Assembly: GCA_963793425.1 (NCBI GenBank)
Contig: CAWCAG010000005.1
Coordinates: 1,664,001 to 1,728,000, forward strand
DNA: 64,000 nt
Direction of reading: 5' to 3'
Origin: an uncultured cyanobacterium
GTDB lineage: Bacteria; Cyanobacteriota; Cyanobacteriia; Cyanobacteriales; CAWCAG01
Shown: piece by piece, positions 40,575-50,168 of the stretch
Numbering within the stretch: position 1 is the first letter of the stretch
How the letters are laid out: each line of letters opens with the position of its first letter
Notes under the pieces: generated by a model
Told to the model about the DNA's origin: nothing
Databases searched by the model: none
What the model saw: only the letters and a program-made list of their open reading frames with translations
Program-made: the position numbers and the translations under genes

Positions 40575-40942
40575 TGAGCAATCCCGTGATTAAAAGTGGT
40601 TCTGGTTGGCGCATCGGTTGGAATCCAGAAGCACGAGACTATCAGGGTTTGGTGGCGGGGGAAGATTGGGCTATTGAGTTAACAGAGGCGGAATTAAAAG
40701 ATTTCAGTCGTTTATTAGAACAACTATCCCGAACCATCCTTAAAATAGCAGCAGAATTGATGGCAGAAGAAAGAATCGCTTGCGAAGCAGAAAGCGAATT
40801 ATTATGGATGGAAATCGAAGGATACCCCCATGCTTACAGCCTGCGTTTCATCCTTAATACAGGTCGGCGTTGTGAAGGAAGTTGGCCAGAAACCGTAGTT
40901 CAGGAGTTGTTACCAGCAACTAAAATGCTACAAGTTTTTTAA
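40574..40942 (+). CDS. DUF1818 family protein
   Basis: KSGSGWRIGWNP, WAIELTEAE, ELMAEERIACEAES, RRCEGSW. Confidence 0.85.
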   Translation: MSNPVIKSGSGWRIGWNPEARDYQGLVAGEDWAIELTEAELKDFSRLLEQLSRTILKIAAELMAEERIACEAESELLWMEIEGYPHAYSLRFILNTGRRCEGSWPETVVQELLPATKMLQVF

Positions 40943-40965
40943 GCCCGAAGATGGGGAGTTTGGGG

Positions 40966-40998
40966 GCTAGGGAGCTGGGGTTCGCGTAAGCGTTGTCG
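40966..40998 (+). repeat. 33-bp small dispersed repeat, copy 1
   Basis: gctagggagctggggttcgcgtaagcgttgtcg; 32/33 identical to the reverse complement of 63065-63097. Confidence 0.85.
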
Positions 40999-41042
40999 AC
41001 AGCAAATTCTAGAAAAATAAAAGGAATAAATTATGAGGACTT

Positions 41043-41246
41043 ATGATAGAAGATGACGAACCCAAGAAAACCTATCATGTTAAAACAGCAGTAAATAAGA
41101 AAGCCTGTGAAGAGATGGCTAAAAAGTATAACCAGAGGTTAGTTGATGCTGTCGATAATGGCGATCCTATCTTAAGCCAAGACTGTTTGTTTTATGGCTC
41201 TCCTTTTAACTTTCAAGAAGAATGGTATGACAACCAAGAAAATTAA
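41043..41246 (+). CDS. Small acidic hypothetical protein
   Basis: GAGGA RBS before the ATG; 67 aa; overlaps the start of the next ORF. Confidence 0.7.
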   Translation: MIEDDEPKKTYHVKTAVNKKACEEMAKKYNQRLVDAVDNGDPILSQDCLFYGSPFNFQEEWYDNQEN

Positions 41247-41619
41247 GCGTAGCTACCTTTACATCGCACAACCAGAAAACGAGGAAGCACCGCAAACAAG
41301 GCTACCTTTGGGCAATGCTATTAGGCTTTTAGGCTCTAACATAGATTATGATACCAAACCAGACATTCCCCAACCTGGTTATCGCCCAGTAACGATACAA
41401 CAAAACGCTTCATCAGAAAAATCAAGCTGTATTGAAGTTAGTGAAGGAGATTGGCTTGTTGTCAATGTTTGTAAGTTTACTGGTGATGCTGAAGAGGTTT
41501 ATTTTTGCTACTGTCAACACTCTCCTGTTGAGAAAAACTGGAAGCGTGTACCTAGGACTGAAGAATTACTAGTCCAAGGACTCAGCAATCCTGAAGCTGA
41601 CGCGATTTCATTTTCCTAA
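41227..41619 (+). CDS. Hypothetical protein
   Basis: ATG 41227 lies inside the tail of the previous gene; IPQPGYRP...GDWLV...VYFCYCQHSP motifs. Confidence 0.7.
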   Translation: MTTKKIKRSYLYIAQPENEEAPQTRLPLGNAIRLLGSNIDYDTKPDIPQPGYRPVTIQQNASSEKSSCIEVSEGDWLVVNVCKFTGDAEEVYFCYCQHSPVEKNWKRVPRTEELLVQGLSNPEADAISFS

Positions 41620-41745
41620 GAAAGCTTACGCCTAACAGCCAAGACTCTTCAAGTTAATATTAAAAGCTCTTGTCATATACTTTTGTGTAAGAGTGCCTTT
41701 TCACTTGCAAACGCCAATAACTTGCAGCTAAAGCAGTATTACACC

Positions 41746-42555
41746 ATGCAACTTACTTCTCCTGGTCCAGAAATTTTCACAATCGGGCCTATTGTTATTC
41801 GCTGGTACGGCGTACTCATAGCCAGTGCTGTCTTGATTGGGGTAGCCCTTTCTCAATATCTCGCTAAACGTCGCCAGGTTAATCCTGATTTACTAGCTGA
41901 TTTAGCAATTTGGCTTGTGATTGGGGCAATACCCTGTGCCAGACTTTATTATGTTTTATTTCAATGGCCACAATATGCCCAGAATCCTAGAGAAATTTTC
42001 GCTATTTGGCATGGCGGCATTGCCATTCATGGGGCGATTTTGGGAGGAACTCTCGCCGCACTAATTTTTGCCCGCATTAATAAAGTTTCCATTTGGCAAC
42101 TAGCAGATTTGGTTGTACCTTCTCTGGCTTTAGGGCAAGCAATTGGGCGTTGGGGTAACTTCTTTAACTCAGAAGCCTATGGTAGCCCGACAAACTTACC
42201 CTGGAAACTTTATATTCCCCAGGCAGATGGTTATTTCCATCCCACTTTCCTTTATGAGTCGGTTTGGAATCTCGCTGTTTTCGCTTTGCTGATGTATCTT
42301 TTCTTCTGGGGCTTGAGGCATCCTCAAATTTTAAAGCTGGGAACCCTCGCGTTGGTTTATTTAATAGCTTATAGTAGCGGTCGCGTTTGGATTGAGGCAC
42401 TACGATTAGATAGTTTGATGTTGGGGCCTTTGCGAATTGCCCAAGTTGTTAGTTTAATTGCCATTAGCCTTGGTGTAGCTGGTTTAATTTGGCTTTATGG
42501 ATTCAAGCGTCCTCTTCCTGATGTCATTTCTACTCGGCAACAATCTCAGATATGA
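41746..42555 (+). CDS. lgt: Prolipoprotein diacylglyceryl transferase
   Basis: [41 protein letters not shown]. Confidence 0.97.
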   Translation: MQLTSPGPEIFTIGPIVIRWYGVLIASAVLIGVALSQYLAKRRQVNPDLLADLAIWLVIGAIPCARLYYVLFQWPQYAQNPREIFAIWHGGIAIHGAILGGTLAALIFARINKVSIWQLADLVVPSLALGQAIGRWGNFFNSEAYGSPTNLPWKLYIPQADGYFHPTFLYESVWNLAVFALLMYLFFWGLRHPQILKLGTLALVYLIAYSSGRVWIEALRLDSLMLGPLRIAQVVSLIAISLGVAGLIWLYGFKRPLPDVISTRQQSQI

Positions 42556-42589
42556 ATCCTAGGGATCGCCAGGTTTGAGACGAAGAACC

Positions 42590-42642
42590 AAAAAAAGCTC
42601 TGGAGTTTTCACTTCCAGAGCTTAACCAGGGTGCATCTACCA
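42590..42642 (-). ncRNA. NsiR1-like small RNA (~53 nt) with intrinsic terminator
   Basis: Minus strand reads GGTAGATGCACCCTGGTT-AAGCTCTGGA-AGTGAAAAC-TCCAGAGCTT-TTTTT. The 5' GGTAGATGCACC matches my recollection of the NsiR1 core, and a DIF1-type promoter lies directly upstream. Confidence 0.68.
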
Positions 42643-42648
42643 CTTCTT

Positions 42649-42678
42649 TATTACTTCCCCTTAAGGCTCAAATCCGGA
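42649..42678 (-). promoter_or_regulatory. DIF1-type promoter (TCCGGA at -35)
   Basis: TCCGGA (42678-42673), exactly 18 nt, then GTAATA (42654-42649), about 7 nt before the sRNA 5' end. Confidence 0.65.
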
Positions 42679-42832
42679 AGATAATTGGCTAGATTATTTT
42701 TCCTTGAGGTGATATTATGTATATGGTGGAAAAGGTGCGCTCTTGAAAGCCATTTTCAAATTCTCAAGAAACCTTGAATAGATTTTGTATTTCAGCTAGT
42801 TGTTTTAAATCTCCCCAGCTTATTACCTAAAA

Positions 42833-44320
42833 TTGCTACCCTCAACCAACAACCAACTCCCTCCCATTGATTGGGAAAGTTTAGCTACTGAATATAGCCA
42901 GAAAAGAGGTTCAGAGCGAGTTTGTGAAATTGGCGGTAAGTACCAAGTTTCTCGCGATAATAGTCCTCAACTACCTACTTCCCTTCAACTACGCCCCTAT
43001 CAAATCCAAGCAGTTACTAACTGGTTTCGCAATCAGGGTAGAGGTACTTTAAAAATGGCAACGGGTAGTGGTAAAACTATTGCTGCGTTAGCTATTGCCA
43101 CAGAGCTTTATCACAAAATAGGCTTAGAGGTTTTATTAGTAATTTGTCCCTACCGTCATTTAGTGACCCAGTGGCAAAGGGAATGCCAAAAATTCAACTT
43201 ACAACCAATCTTAGCTTTTGAGAGAGTTACTAATTGGCAAAATCAACTCTCTACCCAACTTTATAATGTTCGGGCCGGAAGCCAAAGTTTTGTTAGTATT
43301 ATTGCCAGTAATGGAACTTTAATTACTCAAGGTTTCCAATCCCAACTTAAGTTTTTTCCTGCCAAAACTTTAATTGTGGGAGATGAGGCACACAACCTTG
43401 GTTCCCAACGTTTAGAAGCTAGTTTACCTCGCAACATTGGCTTACGCCTTGCCCTTTCTGCCACACCAGAAAGATATTTTGATGAAGAAGGAACAGATGA
43501 ATTATTCAATTATTTCGGAGCAGTTTTACAACCAGAATTCACCCTCGCTGATGCTATTAATCAAGGGGCATTAGTTCCTTATCTTTATTACCCTATTTTC
43601 GTAACTTTAACAGCATCAGAAAGCTTAAGTTATGCCAAACTAACTAAGCGGATTGGTTGGGCATTACAAAAAAGTGAAGACTGGCAAAATAACGCCCTTT
43701 TAACCTCCTTATTAATGCAGCGATCGCGCTTGATCGGGGCTGCGGCTAATAAGTTAATTGCTTTACGACAATTAATGGCAACTCGGCTTGATACTTCCCA
43801 TACTCTTTTTTATTGTGGTGATGGTTGGGTAGAAGGGAATGCAAGTAATGAAGAAACGAAAAGGCAATTAGCCGCCGTAACTAAGATTTTGGGTGCAGAA
43901 TTAGGTTATCGAGTTAATAGCTATACTGCCGACACACCTTTAAAAGTAAGGGAAGAATTACGCCAACAATTTGAAAGAGGAGAATTACAAGGTTTAGTAG
44001 CAATTCACTGTCTTGATGAAGGAGTGGATATTCCTGCCATCAAACACGCAATTATTTTAGCTAGTACAGCCAATCCTCGTCAATTTATTCAACGGCGAGG
44101 CCGTATTTTACGCCCCCATCCGGGTAAGGAAAGGGCAACTCTTTTTGATACTATTGTTATGCCTCCAGATTTAGCTAGAGAGGCTTGGGAAGTAGAAAAG
44201 AATCTCTTACAAAAAGAATTAAAACGTTTTCTGGAGTTTGCAGTTTTAGCAGAAAATGCCAGTGAAGCGAGGGGAAAACTACTATATCTTCAAGAAAGGT
44301 ATGGGCTTGAATTACAGTAA
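42833..44320 (+). CDS. SF2 DEAH helicase (XPB-like; family usually annotated 'DNA phosphorothioation system restriction enzyme')
   Basis: LRPYQ, MATGSGKT, GDEAHNLG, LALSATPER, CLDEGVDIP, NPRQFIQRRGRILR. Confidence 0.85.
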   Translation: MLPSTNNQLPPIDWESLATEYSQKRGSERVCEIGGKYQVSRDNSPQLPTSLQLRPYQIQAVTNWFRNQGRGTLKMATGSGKTIAALAIATELYHKIGLEVLLVICPYRHLVTQWQRECQKFNLQPILAFERVTNWQNQLSTQLYNVRAGSQSFVSIIASNGTLITQGFQSQLKFFPAKTLIVGDEAHNLGSQRLEASLPRNIGLRLALSATPERYFDEEGTDELFNYFGAVLQPEFTLADAINQGALVPYLYYPIFVTLTASESLSYAKLTKRIGWALQKSEDWQNNALLTSLLMQRSRLIGAAANKLIALRQLMATRLDTSHTLFYCGDGWVEGNASNEETKRQLAAVTKILGAELGYRVNSYTADTPLKVREELRQQFERGELQGLVAIHCLDEGVDIPAIKHAIILASTANPRQFIQRRGRILRPHPGKERATLFDTIVMPPDLAREAWEVEKNLLQKELKRFLEFAVLAENASEARGKLLYLQERYGLELQ

Positions 44321-44343
44321 CAGTAATCAGTGCTAAATGTTAA

Positions 44344-46308
44344 ATGTTAAATGTTAAATGCTTACTAACTCTATTTTTAATCATATTTATTTTATTTATC
44401 TCCCCCCATTCCTATGCCGCTAACTTAGAAGCAGAATTAACTCCCTTAACTTCAGATTTCCTCCAAGAAAGACTTAAAGAAGTAATAGTTGAAGAGGGAG
44501 TTCCTACTGTAAATCTTACACATCTCACCATTAATTTAGCTGAAGATAATGATGAATTTCGTAATCAATTTTATCAACAAATCCAAAGTGCTATTACTCG
44601 TTCTCAAACGCCCTTAAGCATAAATTTAAGCAACTCCTTAATTCAAGGAGAATTTACTACCCGTAAACTAGGTATCCAAACGCCTTTAATAGAAGAAGCT
44701 TTATCAGGAAGCTTATCTGTTTTAGAAAAGAAACAGTTAGCTAAAGAACCCCGTTTCAAATCATACTCCCTTGAAGATACCCAAGATAAATTTATTCCCT
44801 ATACAACCATTTTACGAGGTTCTCTAAAACTCAATCAAACCCAATTTACTGCCCCAGTAGACTTTAGCAATACTTTCTTTTTACAAAGAGTAGAAGCAGT
44901 AGGAGTTGACTTTACTACAAAAAGCAATTGGAATCAGGCTAGTTTTAGCCATATGGCAGATTTTAGTGAAGCTAAATTTCAAGGAGAAACTAACTTCAAA
45001 GACAGCAATTTTTTCGCTAAAGCTAAATTTGTCAAAGCAAAATTCACAAGTAATCTTGACTTCAGTTATAGCACATTTACCGATGCAACTAGCTTCAGCG
45101 AAGCAACTTTTAATGATGTAGCTAATTGGACTAGTTCCCGATGGCAAGGAGAAGGTAACTTTAGTAAGACAACTTGGCGCGATCGCACCTTTTTCTCTAA
45201 AAGTCGTTTCCTACAATCCCTCTATTTTAATAATGCCAGTTTTGAACAAACCGTTGCCTTCCGGGGTAGTCGTTTCAACAGCATTGTCAACTTCAGTGAT
45301 GCTAGTTTAAGGGAACAAATTGACTTTAGTAATGCTGTTTTTACCCCTAATGCCAAAATCAACTTATCCAAGTTAGCCTTTGATGCCAAAGAAGCGAAAA
45401 TCTTGGGGGAAAAAGGAGTGATTGGTAAAGCTATTTCTGTTTCTACTTTAGAAGGTAATGAAACTATCCTTTTCAACCTAGTCAGGAACTTTCGAAATTT
45501 AGAACAAATCACCGACGCTAACCAAATTGAGTACCAAACCAAAAAGTTGCGCCGAGAACAATTAGAAAATTTATTAATTGGTTTACCTTGGCAAAAATGG
45601 TTACGCTTCAATACATTAGGCTATAGTTTAAAATGGTTCTGTTTAAGTTTAATTCTTTTATTAAGCGACTACGGAACTAACTTCGGTTTAGTCCTCAGTG
45701 TCGGCATTTTCACCCTAGCTTACTTTGGTCTTTTCTTCTGGTTTATCGACCGCTATCGCCGCCGTTTTCCCAAAGCCATACATCCCAATATTTACGAAAC
45801 AATTTGGATGGTAAGTAGCTTTAGTTTCTTAACAATAACTAGTTTAATCGCCATTTTCCAAACTGCCAGACAACCTTGGTTAACCCTTAGTTGTCTAGGA
45901 TTAATTTTATTACCAATTCCTCTGTTTTTACTAGCTAAACTCTATCTTCAAGGACGTTACCATGACTTATTAGCAGTAACTTACTTCGTTGAAGAGGGCA
46001 GTCTGAGACAACTACGCCTTCTCATTGTTCGCCTCCCAATTATCCCCCGTTTCCCTTTCTTCCGCGATCGCTATATGCCCATACTTTGGGATCGGCGTTG
46101 GAACTGGCTTAATTATTATGATTTTAGTTTGAATAATTTACTTAAACTGGGCTTCAATGATATTAGAGTTAGGGATGAACATTTACCCGGTATTGTAACT
46201 ACCTTAGTTTGGTATCAATGGGGTTTAGGTATCCTCTATATTGCCCTTATTCTTTGGACTCTTTCCCGTACTATTCCTGGTTTGAATTTATTGATTTATT
46301 TAAAATAA
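44344..46308 (+). CDS. Pentapeptide-repeat membrane protein with potassium-channel-like C-terminus
   Basis: Signal peptide; (A/S)xF decapeptide repeats; SDYGTNFG followed by TM helices; YDFSLNNLLKLGFND pore-like segment and a final TM helix. Confidence 0.75.
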   Translation: MLNVKCLLTLFLIIFILFISPHSYAANLEAELTPLTSDFLQERLKEVIVEEGVPTVNLTHLTINLAEDNDEFRNQFYQQIQSAITRSQTPLSINLSNSLIQGEFTTRKLGIQTPLIEEALSGSLSVLEKKQLAKEPRFKSYSLEDTQDKFIPYTTILRGSLKLNQTQFTAPVDFSNTFFLQRVEAVGVDFTTKSNWNQASFSHMADFSEAKFQGETNFKDSNFFAKAKFVKAKFTSNLDFSYSTFTDATSFSEATFNDVANWTSSRWQGEGNFSKTTWRDRTFFSKSRFLQSLYFNNASFEQTVAFRGSRFNSIVNFSDASLREQIDFSNAVFTPNAKINLSKLAFDAKEAKILGEKGVIGKAISVSTLEGNETILFNLVRNFRNLEQITDANQIEYQTKKLRREQLENLLIGLPWQKWLRFNTLGYSLKWFCLSLILLLSDYGTNFGLVLSVGIFTLAYFGLFFWFIDRYRRRFPKAIHPNIYETIWMVSSFSFLTITSLIAIFQTARQPWLTLSCLGLILLPIPLFLLAKLYLQGRYHDLLAVTYFVEEGSLRQLRLLIVRLPIIPRFPFFRDRYMPILWDRRWNWLNYYDFSLNNLLKLGFNDIRVRDEHLPGIVTTLVWYQWGLGILYIALILWTLSRTIPGLNLLIYLK

Positions 46309-46363
46309 AAAGTTAGGAAATAGTCACACTAATTAAACAACATTGGTTCAGTAGCTATATTTT

Positions 46364-47080
46364 CTAAGATACAGCCGCACCGATCTCTGCTGATTCCGGT
46401 TGCTTAGACAAGCGTCCATCCTCCATGTAAACAATACGATCAGCAAGGTCTAAAATACGGTTGTCATGGGTCACTAACAAGATTGTACAGCCCTGCTCCT
46501 TTGCTAGTTTGTGCATAATATCAACCACATCTCGTCCTGATTTTTTATCTAGGGCTGCGGTAGGCTCATCAGCAAGGACAATTTTAGGATTACTAGCTAG
46601 GGCGCGGGCGATGGCAACCCGTTGTTTCTGCCCCCCGGATAAATCCGCCGGATAATAATTAAGCCTTTCTTCTAAACCAACTTCTGTCAACATTTCCGCA
46701 GCCCGACTATGACGTTGCTGTTTTGAGAAAATACCATGTACTTCTAACCCCATTTGCACATTCTCAAGGGCGGTTAAGCTACCGTGTAAATTATGGGCCT
46801 GGAAAATATAACCATTATTTCGTCTAGCTTTGACCAAATCGTTCTCACTAGCCCCACAAATCTCATGCCCAACCACTTTCAGACTACCAGATTGAGCAGA
46901 GCGCAAACCACCTATCAGGGTTAGTAAGGTTGTTTTACCAGAGCCAGAAGGCCCCGTCATAATAACAATTTCCCCGACAGAAATCTTTAAATTAATATCA
47001 AATAACGCCTGTTTGCGGAGTTTTCCTGACCCAAAATAATGATCAAGTTGATCAACGATAATTGAATATTTTTCACTCAT
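46364..47080 (-). CDS. devA: DevA-family ABC exporter ATPase
   Basis: GPSGSGKTTLLTLIGGLRS, GYIFQAHNL, LSGGQKQRVAIARAL, VTHDNRIL. Confidence 0.88.
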   Translation of the reverse strand: MSEKYSIIVDQLDHYFGSGKLRKQALFDINLKISVGEIVIMTGPSGSGKTTLLTLIGGLRSAQSGSLKVVGHEICGASENDLVKARRNNGYIFQAHNLHGSLTALENVQMGLEVHGIFSKQQRHSRAAEMLTEVGLEERLNYYPADLSGGQKQRVAIARALASNPKIVLADEPTAALDKKSGRDVVDIMHKLAKEQGCTILLVTHDNRILDLADRIVYMEDGRLSKQPESAEIGAAVS

Positions 47081-47161
47081 AGCTATAAATCCTGTATTAA
47101 TAAGAATTTCCTACTCCCCACTCCCTACCCTAACCAATAACCTCTGCAACAAACAGAAACA

Positions 47162-48337
47162 TCAAAAAATATCCGCCGGATCAGCAGATTGGAGTCGGCG
47201 AGTAGCGATTCCTCCTGAGACACCACACATCACAAAAGTTAGCAACAGAACAATAACTGCCCGACCAACAGTCATGGCTATAGGTAGTGCTGTTGCTGCT
47301 GCTGTAAGTTGATAAGCGCCTAATGCAACTCCTAAACCAGGCAAAAATCCTAGCACTGATAAAATAACTGCCTCTTCAAAAACAATGCCCAGTAAATAAC
47401 TATTGCGGTAGCCCATGGCCCTAAAGGTCGCATACTCTGCCAAGTGACTATTGACATCTGTGGAAAGCACTTGATAGACAATCACCAAGCCGACAATAAA
47501 CCCCATTGCTGAGCCTAAATTAAAGACAAAGCTAATGGGTGAGTCAGATTGAATCGAGGCGAGTTCAAAATCAACATAGCCTTCATTAGTTAAGACTTGC
47601 ACATCTTCAGGTAAATGGGCTGCTAATGCTTCTTTGACTTGCTCTGGATCACGATCTGGTTCTAAGTGAATCAAGCCCAGGCTTGCTGTCCCAGACTCTT
47701 GTTTGGGAAACAACCGTAAAAAGTTTTGATCGCTAGTAATCAGTGCGCCATCATCAGCAAAGGATGCACCAACTTCAAACAACCCTTTTATGGTAACAGT
47801 TCGCAGTCCAATTTCTGTGGTTACTGTCTTCCCCTGTTTAACCTGCTCAATCATCTCTTGGTATTCCCCTCGCGATGCCTTATCAAATAAAACCGTGTCT
47901 GGCATTTTGATGATATCTAGCTGCTGATTAACTTCAGGCAGATTAAAAGCTGGTCGATTGGGGTTTTGCCCCACAAGCAGCATGGATGTTTTTTTGCGAG
48001 TTTGGGGATTGCGCCATTGCACTGAGCCAATGTATAAGGCATCAGCGGAAGCAACACCTGGTACATCTTGAGCCTGATAAAGCCGTCGCCTAGTGAAGGT
48101 GCGTAGTTGCCCAAAATTCTTTGCCTGAGTACTAATTATAACTAAGTCTGTTTGTAAAATACGAGGATATTGGGTGTTACTTTTAAATAGGGCATCTGCA
48201 AACCCAAGCTGCATAAAAATAAGAATGTCAGCAAAGGTGATTCCGGCGATCGCAGTTAATAACCTAATGGGGTCATGTTTAAGCTGGAGCAACCCCAAGG
48301 GTGTGCGCTGTTGCAGGGTTTTAATGATACCAAGCAT
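47162..48337 (-). CDS. devC: DevC-family ABC exporter permease
   Basis: AGITFADILIFMQLGF, IVYQVLSTDV..HLAEYAT, ADPADIF. Confidence 0.88.
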   Translation of the reverse strand: MLGIIKTLQQRTPLGLLQLKHDPIRLLTAIAGITFADILIFMQLGFADALFKSNTQYPRILQTDLVIISTQAKNFGQLRTFTRRRLYQAQDVPGVASADALYIGSVQWRNPQTRKKTSMLLVGQNPNRPAFNLPEVNQQLDIIKMPDTVLFDKASRGEYQEMIEQVKQGKTVTTEIGLRTVTIKGLFEVGASFADDGALITSDQNFLRLFPKQESGTASLGLIHLEPDRDPEQVKEALAAHLPEDVQVLTNEGYVDFELASIQSDSPISFVFNLGSAMGFIVGLVIVYQVLSTDVNSHLAEYATFRAMGYRNSYLLGIVFEEAVILSVLGFLPGLGVALGAYQLTAAATALPIAMTVGRAVIVLLLTFVMCGVSGGIATRRLQSADPADIF

Positions 48338-48352
48338 GATAGCAACTCCTCA

Positions 48353-49546
48353 TTATTGGGCTTTAATGGTGGCAGTAACTTGTAGGTTAGTTAATCCTGC
48401 TACTTTTTCACTTGCAGCCCGATCAAGCCCGATGTGAACTTCAATAACTTTGGCATCAATGTTAGCCGCAGGATCTTCATTCACAACCTGTTGCCTTTCT
48501 ACTTGTAAGCCAATTTGTTTTACTTCTCCCTGGAGTATTTCAGGAATCACAGGTGATTTAATCTCGGCAATTTGACCAACCTTAACCTTATTGATGTCAC
48601 TTTGATAAACTTCAGCAACCACCATCATCTGCTGGGTTTGTCCTAAAGTAGCAATTCCTTCCTCTGCAATTTTTTCACCAGGGCGGGTATGAATCTTAAT
48701 AACTTGGCCACCGCGAGGCGATCGCACCTCAGCTTGATCTAAATCTGCTTTCGCTTCCGCCACTGCTGCGAGTGCCGATTGTACTTCTGCTTTCGCCGCC
48801 GCTACATCCACCGGACGAACTTCCACAATCTGATCAAGGGTTGCACTAGCTTGAGTAATTTGCTTGTCACTGGTGGTTTGAATCCGCTTTAAGGCTGCTT
48901 GAGCTTCCTGGAGTTGTTGTTGTTTGGTGGTGTAGGTAAGTCGCCTTCCATCGCGATCAGAGGCAGAGATTGCCCCCTGCTGATACAGAGATTCGTACCT
49001 TTGATATTCAATACGGGCATTTTGCACTTCTGCCTCTAGACGACTAATAGTTGCACTTTGGGTATTCAAGTTACCAACCTGCTCCGCTTCTATTCGGGCA
49101 ATTTCAGCGCGTTGTGCCTGAATTTCACCTGATTTTGCTCCAGCTTCTACCTGAGCCAGTTTTGTTTCGGCAATCTCAACTTGTTCCTTTGCTTTTTGCC
49201 AAGTAGCCTGTAAACGCTCACGATTATCCAAAACGGCGATTAATTGTCCTGGCTGCACGCGATCCCCTTCTTCAATTAACAGTTCCTTGATGCGGCTTGT
49301 TTGGCTAGAACTTGATGCCGTAAGGTTAATTATCTCCCCTTCTGGCTCCAACCGCCCCAATGCTGTCACTGTTGGGATTTGAGGTACAGGAGCAACATTG
49401 GTTTGGGCTTCCTCTACTTGGGCAGAGCGAAACTGCCAAACTCCCCATGCTGTAGTTCCAAATAGCCCTAAAACGACTAAAAGTAGTAGCCAGCGACGAG
49501 GTAATTTTGAAGATGCGGACTGGTTACCCAAAGCTTCGGAATTCAT
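48353..49546 (-). CDS. devB: DevB-family membrane fusion protein
   Basis: VTALGRLEPEGE, coiled coil, VAEVYQSDI, LTNLQV. Confidence 0.88.
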   Translation of the reverse strand: MNSEALGNQSASSKLPRRWLLLLVVLGLFGTTAWGVWQFRSAQVEEAQTNVAPVPQIPTVTALGRLEPEGEIINLTASSSSQTSRIKELLIEEGDRVQPGQLIAVLDNRERLQATWQKAKEQVEIAETKLAQVEAGAKSGEIQAQRAEIARIEAEQVGNLNTQSATISRLEAEVQNARIEYQRYESLYQQGAISASDRDGRRLTYTTKQQQLQEAQAALKRIQTTSDKQITQASATLDQIVEVRPVDVAAAKAEVQSALAAVAEAKADLDQAEVRSPRGGQVIKIHTRPGEKIAEEGIATLGQTQQMMVVAEVYQSDINKVKVGQIAEIKSPVIPEILQGEVKQIGLQVERQQVVNEDPAANIDAKVIEVHIGLDRAASEKVAGLTNLQVTATIKAQ

Positions 49547-49589
49547 GAAGTTTATCCCCAAGATAAAAAGTATTATCATTTCTTCCATT

Positions 49590-49608
49590 TTACTAAACGG
49601 TTTAGTAA
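49590..49608. promoter_or_regulatory. Putative TetR operator (perfect 9-1-9 palindrome)
   Basis: TTACTAAAC-G-GTTTAGTAA, 44 bp upstream of devB; degenerate copy TATTAAACCGTTTTTAGTAA at 50163-50182 upstream of tetR. Confidence 0.7.
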
Positions 49609-49705
49609 TGTCAACTATGTTTTTTTGGGGTCACACTAGCGAAGCAGTAAGATAGTCGCGAGATAATGTCATTGTTGACAACTGTTATTTTTTACGGCAA
49701 CAAAC

Positions 49706-50168
49706 ATGAGTAGTCTAGTTTTTACTCCTGCTTACCAGCTTGCTCAAATGATTCGTGACAAGACTGTCTCTACAAAAGAGGTTCTTGAAGCTTATTTAGA
49801 ACAAATCGAAAAGCATAATCCTAGAATTAACGCCATTGCTACTTTAGATGAAGAAGCAGCCAGGAAAAGAGCATCTGAAGCCGATGAAGCCATAGCAAAA
49901 AGTGAGATTTGGGGACAGCTTCATGGCGTACCCATTACGATTAAAGATACCTTTGAAACATCAGGATTACTTACTACCGCAGGTTATAAGCCTCTCAGAA
50001 ATTACATACCATCTCAAGATGCCACGGTTGTAGCTCGTCTACGTCAAGCTGGGGCAATTATTATTGGTAAGACAAACCCAGCAGAAATGGCAAGAAATGG
50101 AATTACTGGCAATTGCTCAAGAGATTAATCAAGTGGCTGGTGATTTTCAGTATCCTCCTGGCTATTAA
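49706..50168 (+). pseudogene. Amidase with a large internal deletion
   Basis: N-terminus (LHGVPITIKD...GKTNPAEMA) is joined out of frame at TGGC (50088-50091) to the amidase C-terminus WQEMELLAIAQEINQVAGDFQYPPGY*. The GGSSGG signature is absent. Confidence 0.85.

Noticed and set aside
46364..49546. devBCA as evidence of heterocyst glycolipid export
   Set aside because: DevBCA paralogues linked to tetR are widespread in non-heterocystous cyanobacteria, and no hgl or het genes are in the window.
50088..50137. 46-bp insertion with a TGGC target duplication in the amidase
   Set aside because: The apparent insert reads in frame as the amidase's own C-terminus, so an internal deletion explains it better.
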